The notes below the pieces were generated by a model. That model searched no databases. It was not told the origin of the DNA and saw nothing but the letters and a program-made list of their open reading frames with translations. From assembly GCA_963668695.2 (NCBI GenBank), contig CAXXLQ010000004.1:640001-704000 (forward strand): a DNA stretch of 64,000 bases, written 5' to 3'. Source of the stretch: Vicinamibacteria bacterium (GTDB taxonomy: Bacteria > Acidobacteriota > Vicinamibacteria > Marinacidobacterales > Marinacidobacteraceae). The translations under genes were made by a program, and so were the position numbers. Below, in pieces: positions 53,701 through 64,000 of the stretch (positions are counted from its first letter, which is position 1; each line of letters starts with the position of its first letter).

Positions 53701-55043
53701 CTGTTGAAGAGGAAGGGCTTGAACAGCTCCAGCGCCATTTTCTTGGGAAGGCCGCACTGATGGAGCTTCAGCTCCGGCCCGACCACGATGACCGATCGAC
53801 CCGAGTAGTCCACCCGCTTCCCGAGGAGGTTCTGGCGGAACCGGCCCTGCTTTCCTTTGAGGGTGTCGGATAGCGATTTCAGCGGCCGATTGTTCGTTCC
53901 CTTGAGGACTCGTCCCCGGCGACCGTTGTCGAACAGCGCGTCCACAGCCTCCTGCAACATGCGCTGCTCGTTCCTCACGATCACGTCGGGCGCGCGGAGC
54001 TCGAGAAGCCGGCGAAGGCGATTGTTGCGGTTGATGACCTTCCGGTAGAGCTCGTTGAGATCACTCGTCGCGAAGCGTCCACCATCCAGAGGAACAAGCG
54101 GACGGAGATCCGGCGGAATCACCGGGATGACGTCCATGACCATCCATTCCGGCAGGTTGCCTGACTTGCGGAAGGCGTCCACCACCTTCAGCCTTTTCGC
54201 AGCCTTGGTTCGCTTCTGGATGGAACGCTCGTGCCGCATAGCGTGGCGCAACTCGACGGCCAGACTCTCGAGATCCGCTTCATGAAGCAGGCGCTTCGCC
54301 GCGCCCGCGCCCATTCCGGCGCTGTAGGTGCGCCCCGGGCGCTTCAGTTTCTCGCGGAACTCATTGTCGGTGCGACCAAAGAGCCGCTTCAGCAGGCGAT
54401 CCTGATCTTCCGTGACCACCTGGCCCTTGCGCAGGGTCCCGAGTCTGATATTTCCGACGGTGCAACCATCGTCTCCCTCGTCGAATGAGAATGCGAAGAG
54501 CTGCTGCAGGAGCTGGACCTCATCCAGCGTCAGGGACATCGCCTTCTCCTTGAGGAGCGAGATGTCAACGTCTCCGGGATCCAGGACTATGTACGACTCG
54601 TAATAGAGAACCCTCTCGAGCTCCCGAGGCGTCAGGTCCAGGACCTGTCCGATGCGGCTCGGCGGAACCTTGAAGAACCAGACATGGGACACGGGGCAAG
54701 CCAGTCCGATGTGTCCGAGGCGACTTCGACGAACCGACGCCTGCGTAACTTCCACTCCGCACTTGTCGCAGACGACTCCCCGGTGCTTCATGCGCTTGTA
54801 CTTGCCGCACAGGCATTCCCAATCGCTGATGGGACCGAAGATCTGAGCGCAGAACAGTCCGCCCCGTTCCGGTTTCAGAGTGCGGTAGTTGATGGTCTCC
54901 GCTTTCGTGACCTCACCATGTGACCAGGCTCTGATCTTCTCTGGAGACGCGATCGAGATCTTGATGGCGTCGAAATCAGAGCTGAAGGTTTCCCTCTCTT
55001 CAAGGTCCGGGAAGACTCCGGCGGTTTCCCTGGTTGTCTGCAT
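50703..55043 (-). CDS. rpoC: RNA polymerase beta' subunit
   Basis: NADFDGD, zinc finger CLC...[12 protein letters not shown]. Confidence 0.99.
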   Translation of the reverse strand: MQTTRETAGVFPDLEERETFSSDFDAIKISIASPEKIRAWSHGEVTKAETINYRTLKPERGGLFCAQIFGPISDWECLCGKYKRMKHRGVVCDKCGVEVTQASVRRSRLGHIGLACPVSHVWFFKVPPSRIGQVLDLTPRELERVLYYESYIVLDPGDVDISLLKEKAMSLTLDEVQLLQQLFAFSFDEGDDGCTVGNIRLGTLRKGQVVTEDQDRLLKRLFGRTDNEFREKLKRPGRTYSAGMGAGAAKRLLHEADLESLAVELRHAMRHERSIQKRTKAAKRLKVVDAFRKSGNLPEWMVMDVIPVIPPDLRPLVPLDGGRFATSDLNELYRKVINRNNRLRRLLELRAPDVIVRNEQRMLQEAVDALFDNGRRGRVLKGTNNRPLKSLSDTLKGKQGRFRQNLLGKRVDYSGRSVIVVGPELKLHQCGLPKKMALELFKPFLFNRLEHEGLAATIKQARELVEEQRPEVWDYLEEVISEHSVLLNRAPTLHRLGIQAFEPVLVEGKALRIHPLVCSAFNADFDGDQMAVHVPLSPEAQVEAALLMRSSRNILSPAHGGPLAVPTQDMVLGIYYLTKPQVVPPEVKQSFASAEEVLIAHEFDQVSTLTPIQLRFTGEILETHDSQDLRRVKVASVDGKRIETTVGRVILNDRLPADLPFVNGVLKKKGVQSLVRLVYKQYGLEGTADVLDALKDVGFEYATRSGTSIGLGDLVVPPNKARLVEEAKEEVGRVDEQYQQGAITQGERYNKVIDVWSNATNKVAEDMMKTMQARERETGQFSPVFMMVDSGARGSEKQIRQLAGMRGLMAKTSGEIIETPITSNFREGLSVIQYFISTNGARKGLADTALRTADAGYLTRRLADVAQDVIVTLRDCGTLRGIYAEPIIEAGEVIEPLRDRIVGRVSLEAVKDFRGDRIVDAGEEISEDIATAIEGSGVARVKIRSVLTCDARRGVCAMCYGRNLATGRLVDLGQAVGIIAAQSIGEPGTQLTMRTFHIGGTASVFENSALEAHHDGVLQFSENLRTVSDRHGNRVVINRAGTVEVGDGDGRVLESHPVVYGARIKVAPGSSVSSGQVIVEWDPYSFSILAEQEGAVHFRDIVADVTMIQEVDNVTFRSQPVIIESQDDRLEPRIEVHGAAGEDPRTYLMPSRAHLEVKEGDAVRPGDVLAKIPRETTKTKDITGGLPRVVELFEARAPKAPALISEIDGRLHYGDVRKGKRVITVTSQVTDDVREYEVPRGVHISVRENEEVRAGDPLMDGPRNPHDILRVLGEGELQRYLVHEIQEVYRLQGVVIDDKHIEVIISRMMRWVRVTDVGDTDLIVDSTVDRYEFAQANRKALAEEGQPAQGEPTLLGLTKASLATDSFISAASFQETTKVLTEASLMGKVDYLRGLKENVIMGRLIPAGTGLAEHRRFVLPEEIDAHRQAMLQRDANQAAELAEEVH

Positions 55044-55072
55044 TTCGTCCCTCTCGATTGTTAGCTGGCCGA

Positions 55073-58000
55073 TCAGTTCTTGGCGCGGATCAGCTCGATG
55101 TCGAGCCCAAGGCTCTGGATTTCCGCCATCAGCACCTTGAACGATGCGGGCACTTCAGGCGAATAGCTCGTGTCGCCCTTCACGATGGACTCGTAGACCT
55201 TGGCCCGGCCCCGAACGTCATCGGACTTGACCGTCAGGATCTCCTGGAGAGTGTGCGCTGCCCCGTACGCTTCGATGGCCCACACCTCCATTTCTCCGAA
55301 CCTCTGCCCGCCGAACTGCGCCTTTCCGCCAAGCGGCTGCTGCGTGATCAGGCTGTACGGCCCGATGCTTCGTGCGTGCATCTTGTCATCCACGAGGTGC
55401 CCGAGCTTGAGCATGTAGATGTAACCGCAGGTCACGGGCTGCTCGAACGGTCTGCCGGTCCGGCCGTCGTAGAGAACGGTCTTGCCATCCTCGAGAACAT
55501 TGGCTCGCAGCCCATCCACGGCTCTGGCCATATCGTTGGCCTCGTCGAGGAGGGCGCGAATGTCACTCTCACGAGCACCGTCGAAGACCGGCGTTGCGAA
55601 GTGTCGGTCGAGCACACGAGCCGCCCAACCAAGGTGCGTCTCAAGGACCTGACCGATGTTCATGCGCGAAGGGACGCCAAGTGGATTCAGGATGATGTCC
55701 GCTGGCGTGCCATCCGGAAGGAACGGCATGTCTTCGACCGGCACGATCTTGGCGATGACGCCTTTGTTGCCGTGTCGACCCGCCATCTTGTCGCCCACGC
55801 TGAGTTTGCGCTTCATGGCCACGTATACCTTGACCATCTTGATGACGCCCGGAGGAAGGTCGTCGCCCTGGCTCACCACTGCCTGCTGCTCGTCGCGGCG
55901 GACGGAAAGCAGATCCAGTTGCTCTTCCGTCTTTTCCTGGATCTCTTGGATCTCATCCCTGACGTCGTCCGCAAGATCGGTCTCGAGCAACGGGACGAAG
56001 TCCATCCGATTTGAGAGCAGCCGCTGCGTGAGTCGCGTGCCCTTGGGAAGCTCGATTTCCCCGGTGGCAGGGTTCATGCAGTCTTCCACCAAGCGGGCGC
56101 CAACCATGCGCTGAACGATGCGCTTGTCACACTCCTCACGGAGGATGCGCTCTTCATCGCGGTAGTCGCGATCGATGGCCTCGATGTCGTCCGCCTGGAT
56201 CGTCAATGCGCGGTCGTCCCGATCCGCGTCCTTCCGGTGGAAGACTCGAACGTCGACAACGACGCCTTCAACGCCGGACGGGCACTTGAGCGACGAGTTC
56301 TTTACATCTCCCGCCTTGTCCCCGAATATGGCCCTAAGGAGCTTCTCCTCCGGAGTCAACTGTGCTTCGGCTTTGGGTGTGACTCGTCCTACCAGGATGT
56401 CGCCGGGACTCACCCGCGCCCCAATGCTGACAATGCCCGATTCGTCGAGATTCCTGAGGAAACTCTCGGCGACACCCGGCACCTCGCGGGTTATGGACTC
56501 CGGACCCAGCTTGGTGTCCCGCGCCTGCACAGTGTGTTCTTCGATGTGGATCGAGGTGTAGCTGTCATCCTGGATGAGCCGCTCCGAAACGATGATCGCG
56601 TCCTCGAAGTTGTAGCCGCGCCAAGGCATGAAGGCGACCAGCACATTGCGGCCAAGCGCCAGTTCACCGCCGTCGGTGCAAGGACCGTCCGCGATGATCT
56701 GACCCTTCACAACCGGTTCGCCAACTCCCACGAGAGGCTTCTGGTTGATTGACGTGTTCTGGTTGGAGCGGCGGAATTTCTTCAAGCGGTAGATGCTTGC
56801 TCCAATCTCCGTCTCTTCTGCAGTATCGCCTTCCTTTCGAACAATGATGCGGCGCCCGTCCACACGGTCTACCACGCCGTTCTCCCGGCAGACGATGACC
56901 GAACCGGAATCCCGCGCGGTCACGAATTCCATACCGGTACCCACAAGGGGCGCTTCCGCGGAAATCAATGGCACGGCCTGACGCTGCATGTTGGAACCCA
57001 TCAGAGCCCGGTTGGCATCGTCGTTCTCCAGGAACGGCACGAGCGATGCCGCCACCGACACGATCTGCTTGGGGGAGACATCAATGAAATCGACGTTTTC
57101 TCTGGCAGCGGGAACGAAGTCGCCTTCGTGGCGGCAGTTGACCCGGGAGTCGAGAAGTTCGCCGTCGTCGCTTACCCTGGCGTTCGCCTGAGCGATCGTG
57201 TGGCGCTCTTCCTCGAGTGCCGAGAGGTAAAACGCGTGAGGGATCAACGTAGCGGGACGCCGGCGGCGCCCGAGCTTCTCGTTTGCAGCGTCGGCTTCTC
57301 CCTTCGGCACGATGGCGTCGAGTTCGAGCTTCGTGTCGCCAGGGTCCTCAACCCGGACGTAGTCCACGACCCGCCCGTTCGCGACTTTCCGGTAAGGGCT
57401 CTGGATGAAGCCGTAGTTGTCGATCTTCGCGTAACACGCCAGGGAACTGATCAGACCGATGTTGGGGCCTTCAGGCGTCTCGATCGGGCAGATGCGCCCA
57501 TAGTGCGTCGCGTGAACGTCCCGCACGTCGAACTTCGCTCGATCACGGGATAGTCCTCCCGGCCCGAGCGCCGACAGGCGACGCTTGTGCGTCACCTCCG
57601 AGAGCGGATTCGTCTGCTCCATGAACTGCGAGAGCTGCGAAGCACCGAAGAACTCACGAACTGCGGCGGTTACGGGCTTTGCGTTGATCAGGTCCCGCGG
57701 CATCGCGGTCGTCATTTCCTGATACACGTTCATCTTTTCCCGAATCGCTCGCTCCATCCGCACCAGGCCCAGCCGGAACTGATTCTCCAGCAGCTCACCC
57801 ACGGACCGGACCCGGCGGTTCCCGAGGTGATCGATGTCGTCCGCCCGATAGCCGCCCGCACCGCCCGTCAGGCGAAGCAGATAGTCCAGGACGAGGACGA
57901 AATCCTCTTCGGCGAGGATGGTTCGATTGGGGTCCATCTCGCGTTCGAGCTTGGTCGCCAGCTTCCGCCGCCCAACCCGCGAGAAGTCGTACTTCTGCTC

Positions 58001-59296
58001 ATTGAAGAACAGGTTGTGGAGAAGGTTTCGGGAACTCTCCACGGTCGGCTGATCACCGGGACGCTGCCGCCGGTACAGCTCCACCAGCGCCCCATCCACG
58101 CTCTCGGCGTTGGGTGCATCCGTGCCGCGCTGTCTGGTGAGCGGATCCTTTTCCAACGTGTCCGCCAGAACGGTGCCAACCGGGTCCGCTCCGGGCAGAA
58201 TGACCCGAATCGGTCCGACGTCTCCAAGTTCCTCGACCAGCTCCGGTGTCAGCCGGGTGTTGGCCGGCACTTCCTCACCCGTGTCCGGGATGGTCACGGG
58301 AGCGGCGAGCCGGAAACCGCCGAAGGCTTCCAACTGGAACTCAAGCGCCTCGCGGCTCTGCCGCGCCAAGCGCCTGATGTCACCCCGACTGATGCGCTTC
58401 CCTCCCTCGATGACGACCTCTCCGTCCGATTCGATGCTCTGCTCGGTGCGCTCGTCGAGGAGCATCTCCTTCAGCTCGTCGGTCAACGGGAGGCGGACCC
58501 GGCTCGCGGAAAGAACCGCTTCATGCACGCGATAGAAGCGCGCCACGATCGACTCCGTCTTCCCGAACCCGAGCGCCCTCAGGAAAACCGTCGCCGGAAA
58601 GCGCTTCTTCCGGTCGATGCGAACCTGCAGAAGGCCCCTGGCATCGGTTTCGAATTCGAGCCAGGAACCCCGATAGGGCACCACCTGAGCCAGAAAACAT
58701 CCGCGCTCCGCCTCATGGAAGAAAACGCCGGGTGAGCGATGCAACTGGGATACGACGACCCGTTCGGTACCGTTGATGATGAACGTCCCGTTCTCGGTCA
58801 TTAGCGGGATATCGCCGAAGAAAACCTCTTCTTCCTTGATGTCGTGGATGGACCGCTGATTGGTTTCCGGATCCCGGTCCCACACCGTGAGCCTGATCTT
58901 TACCTTCAGCGGCACGGCATACGTCTTGCCGCGCTGCTGGCACTGCTCTACGTCGTGCTCGACCTTGAGGTGCACCCGATCTCCGCAGTAATTGCAGACC
59001 GAACCGTTCCGGGTCTGCTCTATGCCCTCGAGTTCGCCGCAACTGCAGGCCCACCGCCCTACCGAATACTCGAGGAAGTCGAGTTCGCAGTTGTCACGGA
59101 AATCCTTGATGGGGAAGATCGAGCGGAATACCGCCTGGAGACCGATCTCCTCGCGATCCTGCGGCTGTAGATCCTTCTGGAGGAATCGATCGTACGACCG
59201 GTGCTGGACCTCGATGAGTTTCGGCAGCGGGATCGACGCACGAATGCGCGAGAAGTCGTGCCGCGTCTTCTTTGGAGTGATTTCAGCAGTCAGCAT
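55073..59296 (-). CDS. rpoB: RNA polymerase beta subunit
   Basis: [36 protein letters not shown]; likely start ATG 59296. Confidence 0.99.
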   Translation of the reverse strand: MLTAEITPKKTRHDFSRIRASIPLPKLIEVQHRSYDRFLQKDLQPQDREEIGLQAVFRSIFPIKDFRDNCELDFLEYSVGRWACSCGELEGIEQTRNGSVCNYCGDRVHLKVEHDVEQCQQRGKTYAVPLKVKIRLTVWDRDPETNQRSIHDIKEEEVFFGDIPLMTENGTFIINGTERVVVSQLHRSPGVFFHEAERGCFLAQVVPYRGSWLEFETDARGLLQVRIDRKKRFPATVFLRALGFGKTESIVARFYRVHEAVLSASRVRLPLTDELKEMLLDERTEQSIESDGEVVIEGGKRISRGDIRRLARQSREALEFQLEAFGGFRLAAPVTIPDTGEEVPANTRLTPELVEELGDVGPIRVILPGADPVGTVLADTLEKDPLTRQRGTDAPNAESVDGALVELYRRQRPGDQPTVESSRNLLHNLFFNEQKYDFSRVGRRKLATKLEREMDPNRTILAEEDFVLVLDYLLRLTGGAGGYRADDIDHLGNRRVRSVGELLENQFRLGLVRMERAIREKMNVYQEMTTAMPRDLINAKPVTAAVREFFGASQLSQFMEQTNPLSEVTHKRRLSALGPGGLSRDRAKFDVRDVHATHYGRICPIETPEGPNIGLISSLACYAKIDNYGFIQSPYRKVANGRVVDYVRVEDPGDTKLELDAIVPKGEADAANEKLGRRRRPATLIPHAFYLSALEEERHTIAQANARVSDDGELLDSRVNCRHEGDFVPAARENVDFIDVSPKQIVSVAASLVPFLENDDANRALMGSNMQRQAVPLISAEAPLVGTGMEFVTARDSGSVIVCRENGVVDRVDGRRIIVRKEGDTAEETEIGASIYRLKKFRRSNQNTSINQKPLVGVGEPVVKGQIIADGPCTDGGELALGRNVLVAFMPWRGYNFEDAIIVSERLIQDDSYTSIHIEEHTVQARDTKLGPESITREVPGVAESFLRNLDESGIVSIGARVSPGDILVGRVTPKAEAQLTPEEKLLRAIFGDKAGDVKNSSLKCPSGVEGVVVDVRVFHRKDADRDDRALTIQADDIEAIDRDYRDEERILREECDKRIVQRMVGARLVEDCMNPATGEIELPKGTRLTQRLLSNRMDFVPLLETDLADDVRDEIQEIQEKTEEQLDLLSVRRDEQQAVVSQGDDLPPGVIKMVKVYVAMKRKLSVGDKMAGRHGNKGVIAKIVPVEDMPFLPDGTPADIILNPLGVPSRMNIGQVLETHLGWAARVLDRHFATPVFDGARESDIRALLDEANDMARAVDGLRANVLEDGKTVLYDGRTGRPFEQPVTCGYIYMLKLGHLVDDKMHARSIGPYSLITQQPLGGKAQFGGQRFGEMEVWAIEAYGAAHTLQEILTVKSDDVRGRAKVYESIVKGDTSYSPEVPASFKVLMAEIQSLGLDIELIRAKN

Positions 59297-59485
59297 GAGG
59301 ACGGCCTGTTCGCGTAGATACACGACACCCGACACATCCCGAGGTCGTCCGGAGACGCCTCGATGAGCCGGGAGATGGTCCGGAAGGTCGCCTCCACGCA
59401 CGCCGATGGTGGTCCTCCACCATCAGCGAAACGCGGTACGCGGCGAAACCGGGAGAAAAGAACTGGCAAAGGGGGCGCACCCGAT

Positions 59486-59875
59486 CTACTTAATTTCGAT
59501 CGTTGCGCCGACTTCCTTGAATCGCTCCTGGATCTGCTTGGCCTCCTCCATGGGGATGGCTTCCTTGACCGCCTTCGGAGCCTCTTCGACAAGCGTCTTC
59601 GCCTCGCGAAGGCCGAGACTCGTCAGCTCCCGAACGGCCTTGATGACCTGAACCCGATTTGGACCTGTCTCGGTGAGTACGGCATCAAACTCCGTCTGTT
59701 CCTCGACTGGTTCCGCGTCGCCGCCACCGGCAGCGACTGCCATCGGCATGGCGGCCGCCGCGGAAACTCCGAGCCCGTCTTCGAGCGCCTTGACGAGTTC
59801 CGAGAGCTCCAACACGGAAAGCTGCTTGACGTGGTTGACAACATCCTGCTGGGTGATTGTCGACATGGTGGACAT
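59486..59875 (-). CDS. rplL: 50S ribosomal protein L7/L12
   Basis: LSVLELSELVK, EEQTEFD, LGLREAK. Confidence 0.97.
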   Translation of the reverse strand: MSTMSTITQQDVVNHVKQLSVLELSELVKALEDGLGVSAAAAMPMAVAAGGGDAEPVEEQTEFDAVLTETGPNRVQVIKAVRELTSLGLREAKTLVEEAPKAVKEAIPMEEAKQIQERFKEVGATIEIK

Positions 59876-59977
59876 CTACTCCTTACGCCTCAATCGAAAC
59901 TGGGCGAATACACTGGGAACGAGAGACCGGAACCGACGATGCGCCGAGGTCCGAATCACATGGGCTGCGGAGGGCCA

Positions 59978-60511
59978 CTATTCGGCTCCCCTGCCGTCGG
60001 CAGCCTTTTGTTCGGCTGCCTTGAGCACGAGTACAAGCTTCCGGGGAACTCCCTCGAGGACATTCATGAGATTCCGGATCGGCGCCGCGATGACGGCGAC
60101 GAGCTGGGCACGGAGGACTTCCTGACCCGGAAGTTTCGCCAGCGCTTCGAACTGCTGCGGTCCGACTTTCTGGTCGGACACGACTCCACCCTTGTACTCG
60201 AAGGCCTTGAACTGCGTGGTTCCTTGGTGGAGGGCCTTGGCCAAGGCCACCGGATTTTCTTCACACCAGGCAAGTCCGGTCATTCCGACGAGTTGATCGT
60301 CCAATCCGGCAATGCCGGCCTCCTCAAAGGCCCACTTCGCCGTGCTGTTCTTCACGACGCGGTACTTGCCACCGGCTTCGCGGACCAGGCGACGAAGGTC
60401 CGTGACTTCCCCCACGGAAAGGCCTCGGTAATCGAAAGAAAACACCGCTGCCTGAGATTTCAGTAGCGCGGCGAGCGACGTCGCGGCATCCCGCTTCTCC
60501 ATGCGTTGCAT
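59978..60511 (-). CDS. rplJ: 50S ribosomal protein L10
   Basis: DYRGLSV, VVKN, LAKLP. Confidence 0.95.
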   Translation of the reverse strand: MQRMEKRDAATSLAALLKSQAAVFSFDYRGLSVGEVTDLRRLVREAGGKYRVVKNSTAKWAFEEAGIAGLDDQLVGMTGLAWCEENPVALAKALHQGTTQFKAFEYKGGVVSDQKVGPQQFEALAKLPGQEVLRAQLVAVIAAPIRNLMNVLEGVPRKLVLVLKAAEQKAADGRGAE

Positions 60512-60544
60512 CGTTTCGACCTTTCCTCGAATCTCCGGTTGGAT

Positions 60545-61234
60545 CTACTTGGCGTCGACCAGTGACGGACTGATGCGGAGGCCGGGGCTCATCGTCGAGC
60601 TAAGGGCGACACTCTGGATATAACGACCCTTTGCCGCCGCGGGCTTCGATCGAACCACCGCAGAGACAAGGGCAAGCGTGTTTTCCACCAGCCGCTCGTC
60701 GGAGAAGGAGAGTTTTCCTACCGGGGCATGAATGTTGGACGTCTTGTCCACCCGATAGTCCACTTTTCCGGCCTTGATCTCCTGGACCGCCTTCGTTACA
60801 TCGAAGGTAACGGTTCCGGATTTGGGGTTGGGCATCATGCCGCGCGGCCCGAGAATCCGGCCGAGCTTACCGACCGACCGCATCATGTCCGGCGTCGCCA
60901 CTACGGCTTCAAAATCAAGAAATCCGCTCTGGATTCGAGCGACCATGTCGTCTCCGCCAACCTCATCGGCGCCCGCTTCCTCGGCTTCTTTCGCCTTCTC
61001 CCCTGAAGCGATGACCACGACACGACGCGCGATTCCAAGTCCATGAGGAAGAACTACTGAACCGCGGACCATTTGATCGGCGTGGCGCGGGTCCACTCCG
61101 AGCCGCATGGCGATTTCGGCGGTTTCGTCAAAGGACGCAAAGCTCGCGGTCCGGAGGGTCGCAAAGGCCTCTCCGAGTGTTTCCGGAGTCGCATCCGCGA
61201 GAGTGGATTTCGCCGCTGTGTATTTCTTTCCCAT
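60545..61234 (-). CDS. rplA: 50S ribosomal protein L1
   Basis: [26 protein letters not shown]. Confidence 0.97.
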   Translation of the reverse strand: MGKKYTAAKSTLADATPETLGEAFATLRTASFASFDETAEIAMRLGVDPRHADQMVRGSVVLPHGLGIARRVVVIASGEKAKEAEEAGADEVGGDDMVARIQSGFLDFEAVVATPDMMRSVGKLGRILGPRGMMPNPKSGTVTFDVTKAVQEIKAGKVDYRVDKTSNIHAPVGKLSFSDERLVENTLALVSAVVRSKPAAAKGRYIQSVALSSTMSPGLRISPSLVDAK

Positions 61235-61300
61235 AATCTGTATCACGATCGTGATTGCCGTTTCTGAACCTCTACGAGCCGGTGGCACGAGTTGCCCATC

Positions 61301-61497
61301 GTGACCCTGCGGCGCGGAGCGCCGCAGGGGTGGGGTGTGGGGAGGGGTTTCCCCTCCCCACGAAAAACGGTGGGGAGAATCGCGTAGCGGCTCGCACCAC
61401 CATCCCGTGGTGAAAGCGCCCCGCAGCGGAAAGAACTCCACCGAGTTCGCGTGTCTTTCATTGTGGGGACCATGCGGGGTGCTTTTTCCACGGGTTG
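61301..61497. repeat. Composite ~200-nt repeat between rplK and rplA
   Basis: Homologous to the units flanking the MITE at 18296-18711; begins right after the rplK TAG. Confidence 0.75.
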
Positions 61498-61917
61498 CTA
61501 GCCGACCTCGATCCCCATGCTGCGCGCCGTTCCTTCAATGATTCGGCGCGCGGCATCGATGTCACCGGCATTGAGATCCTGCATCTTGATCCGGGCGATT
61601 TCCTCGACCTGACTGACAGACACTTTTCCCACGCGGATCCGGTTCGGCTCGCCAGATCCCTTCGCAATTCCCGCGGCACGTTTCAGGAGGACTGCGGCAG
61701 GCGGAGTCTTGGTAATGAAGCTGAACGATCGGTCCTGATACACCGTGACGACACACGGAATGATCATTCCGGGGTCGTTGGCCGTCTTCGCGTTGAAGGA
61801 CTTGCAAAAGTCCATGATGTTGATCCCATGTTGCCCGAGCGCGGGGCCAACCGGCGGCGCAGGCGTCGCTTTGCCCGCGGGCAACTGGATCTTCGCAACG
61901 GCAAGCACTTTCTTCAT
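61498..61917 (-). CDS. rplK: 50S ribosomal protein L11
   Basis: [22 protein letters not shown]. Confidence 0.98.
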   Translation of the reverse strand: MKKVLAVAKIQLPAGKATPAPPVGPALGQHGINIMDFCKSFNAKTANDPGMIIPCVVTVYQDRSFSFITKTPPAAVLLKRAAGIAKGSGEPNRIRVGKVSVSQVEEIARIKMQDLNAGDIDAARRIIEGTARSMGIEVG

Positions 61918-61939
61918 CGCAATCTCTCCCGGTGGACGC

Positions 61940-62467
61940 TCAGACCTTCTCCACCTCGAGGAACTCCAGTTCCACGGGGGTAGAACGTCCGAAGATCGTG
62001 ACCATGACCTTCACTTTGTTGCGATCAGGCTGGACTTCATCCACGACACCCTGAAAGCCATTGAAAGGGCCGTGAATGATGCGCACGGATTCGCCCGTCT
62101 GAAACGTGTGCCTCAGTTTTGGCGCCTGGCTCGCATCGTCCATCTGTTCCCGAATACGGAGGACTTCATCGTCGGGCATGGGCTGCGGTTTGTGCGGCGG
62201 TACAAAACCCATGACCTTGTCGGTGTTCTTGACTACTTGCCACGTATCCGCGTTCATCTCCATGTTGACCAGCACATATCCCGGATAGACCTGTTTGGTC
62301 GTGACCACGCGGCGTCCACCGCGCATTTCAACGACCTTCTCGGTCGGAATCAGGATCTCGCCGATCTGATCTCCGAGTCCGTACGCGGTGGCGCGATGGC
62401 GCAGGGCCTCCTTGACGCTCTCCTCGAACTTGGAGTGCGTCGAAACGATGAACCACTCTCTCGCCAT
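61940..62467 (-). CDS. nusG: Transcription termination/antitermination factor NusG
   Basis: [20 protein letters not shown]. Confidence 0.97.
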   Translation of the reverse strand: MAREWFIVSTHSKFEESVKEALRHRATAYGLGDQIGEILIPTEKVVEMRGGRRVVTTKQVYPGYVLVNMEMNADTWQVVKNTDKVMGFVPPHKPQPMPDDEVLRIREQMDDASQAPKLRHTFQTGESVRIIHGPFNGFQGVVDEVQPDRNKVKVMVTIFGRSTPVELEFLEVEKV

Positions 62468-62471
62468 GGAA

Positions 62472-62681
62472 CTACCCGATCAGATTCGTGATGAATGCCG
62501 AGATGTACGACATGACGATATCGAGGCCATACAGGTAGAACCCGAAGAAGAAGACGGTTATCAACACGATGATCGTGGTGCCCCGTACCTCATCCCTGGT
62601 CGGCCAGGTGACCTTGTCCAACTCCCCCCGGACTTCCCCGAGAAAAGTGCGGGCCGTTCCGAGCCGGTCGAGCGCGCTCAA
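62472..62681 (-). CDS. secE: Preprotein translocase SecE
   Basis: ELDKVTWP plus one TM; GGAGG RBS before TTG 62681. Confidence 0.93.
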   Translation of the reverse strand: MSALDRLGTARTFLGEVRGELDKVTWPTRDEVRGTTIIVLITVFFFGFYLYGLDIVMSYISAFITNLIG

Positions 62682-62723
62682 TGTCCGTGCCTCCTGTGGC
62701 AACTCCGCCGGGGAACATCGGGA

Positions 62724-62799
62724 TGGCAGGCCAGGAGGGGCTCGAACCCCCAACCCCCGGTTTTGGAGACCGGTGCTCTACCGATTGAGCTACTGGCCT
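62724..62799 (-). tRNA. tRNA-Trp (CCA)
   Basis: 76-nt cloverleaf AGGCCAGTAGCTCAATCGGTAGAGC...TCTCCAAAA...GTTCGAGCCC...CCA; usual rpmG-trnW-secE position. Confidence 0.97.
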
Positions 62800-62863
62800 T
62801 CGCACCCCTCACATCACCAAGCGGCAATAAACCCGCGACGGAACCCGTAGGACGCATCCGAAT

Positions 62864-62911
62864 CCAACCTGACAGCCAACCTGACAGCCAATCTGACAGC
62901 CAATCTGACAG
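62864..62911. repeat. Tandem 12-mer x4 in the tRNA-Trp leader
   Basis: (CCAAYCTGACAG)4. Confidence 0.85.
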
Positions 62912-62964
62912 AGCCATCGCTCCGTACTCCCGATCAGCCAAGTCCATCGGCAGCCTGGGCGAAG

Positions 62965-63129
62965 TCAACGCGTCTCCCGGTGCAATACATGGGTCCTGCA
63001 GAAACGGCAATATTTGCTCAGTTCCATCCGGCCGGGATGAGTTGTCCGGTTCTTCGTCGTCGAATACGTACGCCGCTTGCAGTCCGTGCAGGCGAGCGCG
63101 ACGATCTGACGCTTCTTTTCGCGAGCCAT
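62965..63129 (-). CDS. rpmG: 50S ribosomal protein L33 (zinc-binding type)
   Basis: LACTDC...TTKN...KYCRFC...HRETR. Confidence 0.95.
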   Translation of the reverse strand: MAREKKRQIVALACTDCKRRTYSTTKNRTTHPGRMELSKYCRFCRTHVLHRETR

Positions 63130-63229
63130 TCTTTCCCCGTCGGTTGTGCTCCGTTGGAATCTCCCATGCATGGCCCCTTCGCAGACGACTCGCGTCGCCC
63201 GCGGAGAGACATTTTTCCGTTAACGCCGC

Positions 63230-64000
63230 CTACTCCAGGACTTCGGTGGTCATCCCGGAGGCGACCGTCCGGCCACCTTCGCGGATCGCGAAGCGGAGGC
63301 CGCGGTCCATGGCGATCGGAGTGATCAGTTCGACTTCAAGCTGAATGTTGTCGCCGGGCATGGCCACCACCTGGTCGCCCAGGAGCGTGGCGGTGCCGGT
63401 CACATCCGTGGTCCGGAAATAGAACTGCGGGCGGTAACCGCTCCTGAACGGCTTTTCGCGCCCCCCCTCTTCCTTGGACAGGACATAGACCTCGGAGCGG
63501 AACTTCGTGTGAGGGGTGATGGAGCCGGGCTTGGCAAGCACCATCCCGCGTGCCACTTCCCGGCGGTCGGTGCCTCGCAGGAGGATCCCGACGTTGTCCC
63601 CGGCCTCGCCTTCGTCGAGAAGCTTCTTGAACATCTCGACTCCGGTCACCACCCGCTTCCGGGTCTCCCGGATTCCGACGATTTCGACTTCCTCCTGCAC
63701 CCGGACCTTGCCCTGTTCGATTCGGCCGGTCACCACGGTGCCGCGGCCGGAGATCGAGAAGACATCCTCGATCGGCATCAGGTAGGCCTTCTCGATCGCA
63801 CGCGCCGGCATGGGTACGTACTCGTCAATAGCTTTCGTCAGCTCGCGGATGGGTTCCCAATCGCTCGGGTCGTCCGACTCAAGCGCCTTGAGCGCGCTGC
63901 CCCGGATGACCGGAATGTCGTCCCCGGGGAAGTCGTAGTAGGACAGGAGTTCCCGGACTTCGAGTTCCACGAGTTCGAGCAGCTCCTCGTCGTCCAGCAT
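63230..64000 (-). CDS. tuf: Elongation factor Tu (5' part outside the window)
   Basis: [39 protein letters not shown]. Confidence 0.98.
   Translation of the reverse strand: MLDDEELLELVELEVRELLSYYDFPGDDIPVIRGSALKALESDDPSDWEPIRELTKAIDEYVPMPARAIEKAYLMPIEDVFSISGRGTVVTGRIEQGKVRVQEEVEIVGIRETRKRVVTGVEMFKKLLDEGEAGDNVGILLRGTDRREVARGMVLAKPGSITPHTKFRSEVYVLSKEEGGREKPFRSGYRPQFYFRTTDVTGTATLLGDQVVAMPGDNIQLEVELITPIAMDRGLRFAIREGGRTVASGMTTEVLE

Overview
High-GC bacterial chromosome segment, most likely Acidobacteriota (CxC/CxxC insert in RpoB, L14 ILPLGG loop). The right half (31.5-64 kb, minus strand) is one contiguous translation/transcription cluster: tuf(partial)-rpmG-tRNA-Trp-secE-nusG-rplKAJL-rpoBC-rpsLG-fusA-S10-spc-alpha, with no tuf after fusA. 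The left half holds metabolic, transport and envelope genes (glcD/E-like, yjbQ, SDR, amidohydrolase, DsbA, dtd, ClC, SSS, PIG-L, DASS, tenA, SSADH, DmpA, asparaginase, pilMNO-like, EF-G-like) and an intact IS630. The most striking feature is a dispersed ~80-270 nt inverted-repeat (MITE-like) family, about 15 copies, with CAGCCTGTGG...CCACAGGCTG ends at YTAR/TA sites. It often sits on stop codons inside operons, occurs in tandem and nested form, lies once in frame inside a signal peptide, and is itself the IS630 target. Inside these elements an 18-nt module (CCAGTTCTCCCGGTGGGG, about 30 copies) is inserted at several positions in both orientations. All calls are by-eye motif recognition; no searches were run.
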